A DNA stretch of 47,940 nt, taken from contig JAPDJF010000006.1 of the NCBI GenBank assembly GCA_029259185.1, positions 1 through 47,940 of the forward strand. Direction: 5' to 3'. The number at the start of each line of letters is the position of its first letter. Position 1 is the stretch's first letter. Source of the stretch: Hadesarchaea archaeon. Lineage in GTDB: Archaea > Hadarchaeota > Hadarchaeia > Hadarchaeales > WYZ-LMO6. Below are positions 47,497 to 47,940 of this stretch, piece after piece. The translations under genes were made by a program, and so were the position numbers. Under the pieces are notes generated by a model, which was not told the DNA's origin, searched no databases, and saw only the letters and a list, made by a program, of their open reading frames with translations.

Positions 47497-47535
47497 TAAC
47501 AGTTGCCGATAACTTCACAAATACTAATACAATTG

Positions 47536-47940
47536 ATGGCACTAATGGAAATGAAGGAGGCCGCCGAGTACACGGGATTACACCCCCATACGCTACGGAA
47601 GTACATCGATCAAGGAGTGATAAGGGGAGTGAGGATTGGAAAACATCGTGGAGAAGGCGGAGCTGGACAGATTGATGGGTATTATAGAAAGAAGACCCGC
47701 CGGAGTGGCCATTTACGCGAGGGTCTCGGCAAAGAAACAGCAGGATGCCGGGAACCTGAACAGGCAGAGAGAAAGGCTGCTGAGCTACTGCGTAACAAAC
47801 AAGTTGAAAGTTATCGATGTAATCGAAGATGTGGCTTCTGGAGTGAACGAGAACAGGAAGGGATTGAAGAAGCTGTTCGAACTCGCCAGAAGGGGCGAGA
47901 TAGATGCAGTTGTGGTGGAGTACAAAGATCGACTGGCGAG
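47536..47940 (+). mobile_element. tnpA: IS607-family serine recombinase TnpA, frameshifted near 47647 and truncated by the window end
   Basis: HTH part MKEAAEYTGLHPHTLRKY...GKHR, then in the +1 frame VEKAELDRL...AIYARVS...NLNRQ...DVASGVNENRKGLKKL...VVVEYKDRLA. Confidence 0.85.

Noticed and set aside
47224-47606. Short ORFs on both strands over the structured region
   Set aside because: No recognisable motifs; expected by chance in GC-rich structured sequence.

Overview
Archaeal chromosomal segment, judged from archaeal DnaG, an intron-containing tRNA-Thr(GGT) and methanogenesis marker genes. By inference the host is an anaerobic alkane/fatty-acid oxidiser with an MCR/ACR-type enzyme, for example an ACR-encoding Hadarchaeota-like lineage; taxonomy is not verifiable from this window. 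The left part holds a FAD oxidoreductase (partial), a two-subunit CoA-transferase and a tungsten-type AOR with its ferredoxin. Next comes a compact MCR maturation/activation cluster: an A2/AtwA-type ATPase divergent from an operon of B12 radical SAM Gln C-methyltransferase, Mmp3, 6, 5, 15, 17, 7, McrD, McrC, Mmp8 and an MBL hydrolase, with no mcrA/B/G in the window. About 16.3-21.8 kb is an accessory mosaic of GC-rich debris and an AT-rich FmdE/radical SAM islet carrying a NikR-like operator. About 21.8-44.7 kb is dominated by acyl-CoA/beta-oxidation and redox genes (2 ACD-alpha-like, 2 HdrCB, FAD oxidase plus CCG protein, 2 thiolase/DUF35 modules, EtfAB, family III CoA-transferase, ACAD). The right end has dnaG, rimI, the tRNA, a highly structured ~300-nt putative non-coding RNA bounded by IS200/IS605-like end hairpins, and a frameshifted IS607 serine recombinase running off the window. 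The best novelty candidates are the orphan structured RNA, the stand-alone activation operon with a Zn-motif-less A2, and a Cas2-like domain fused to DUF2117. All family calls are from motif recognition, not database searches.
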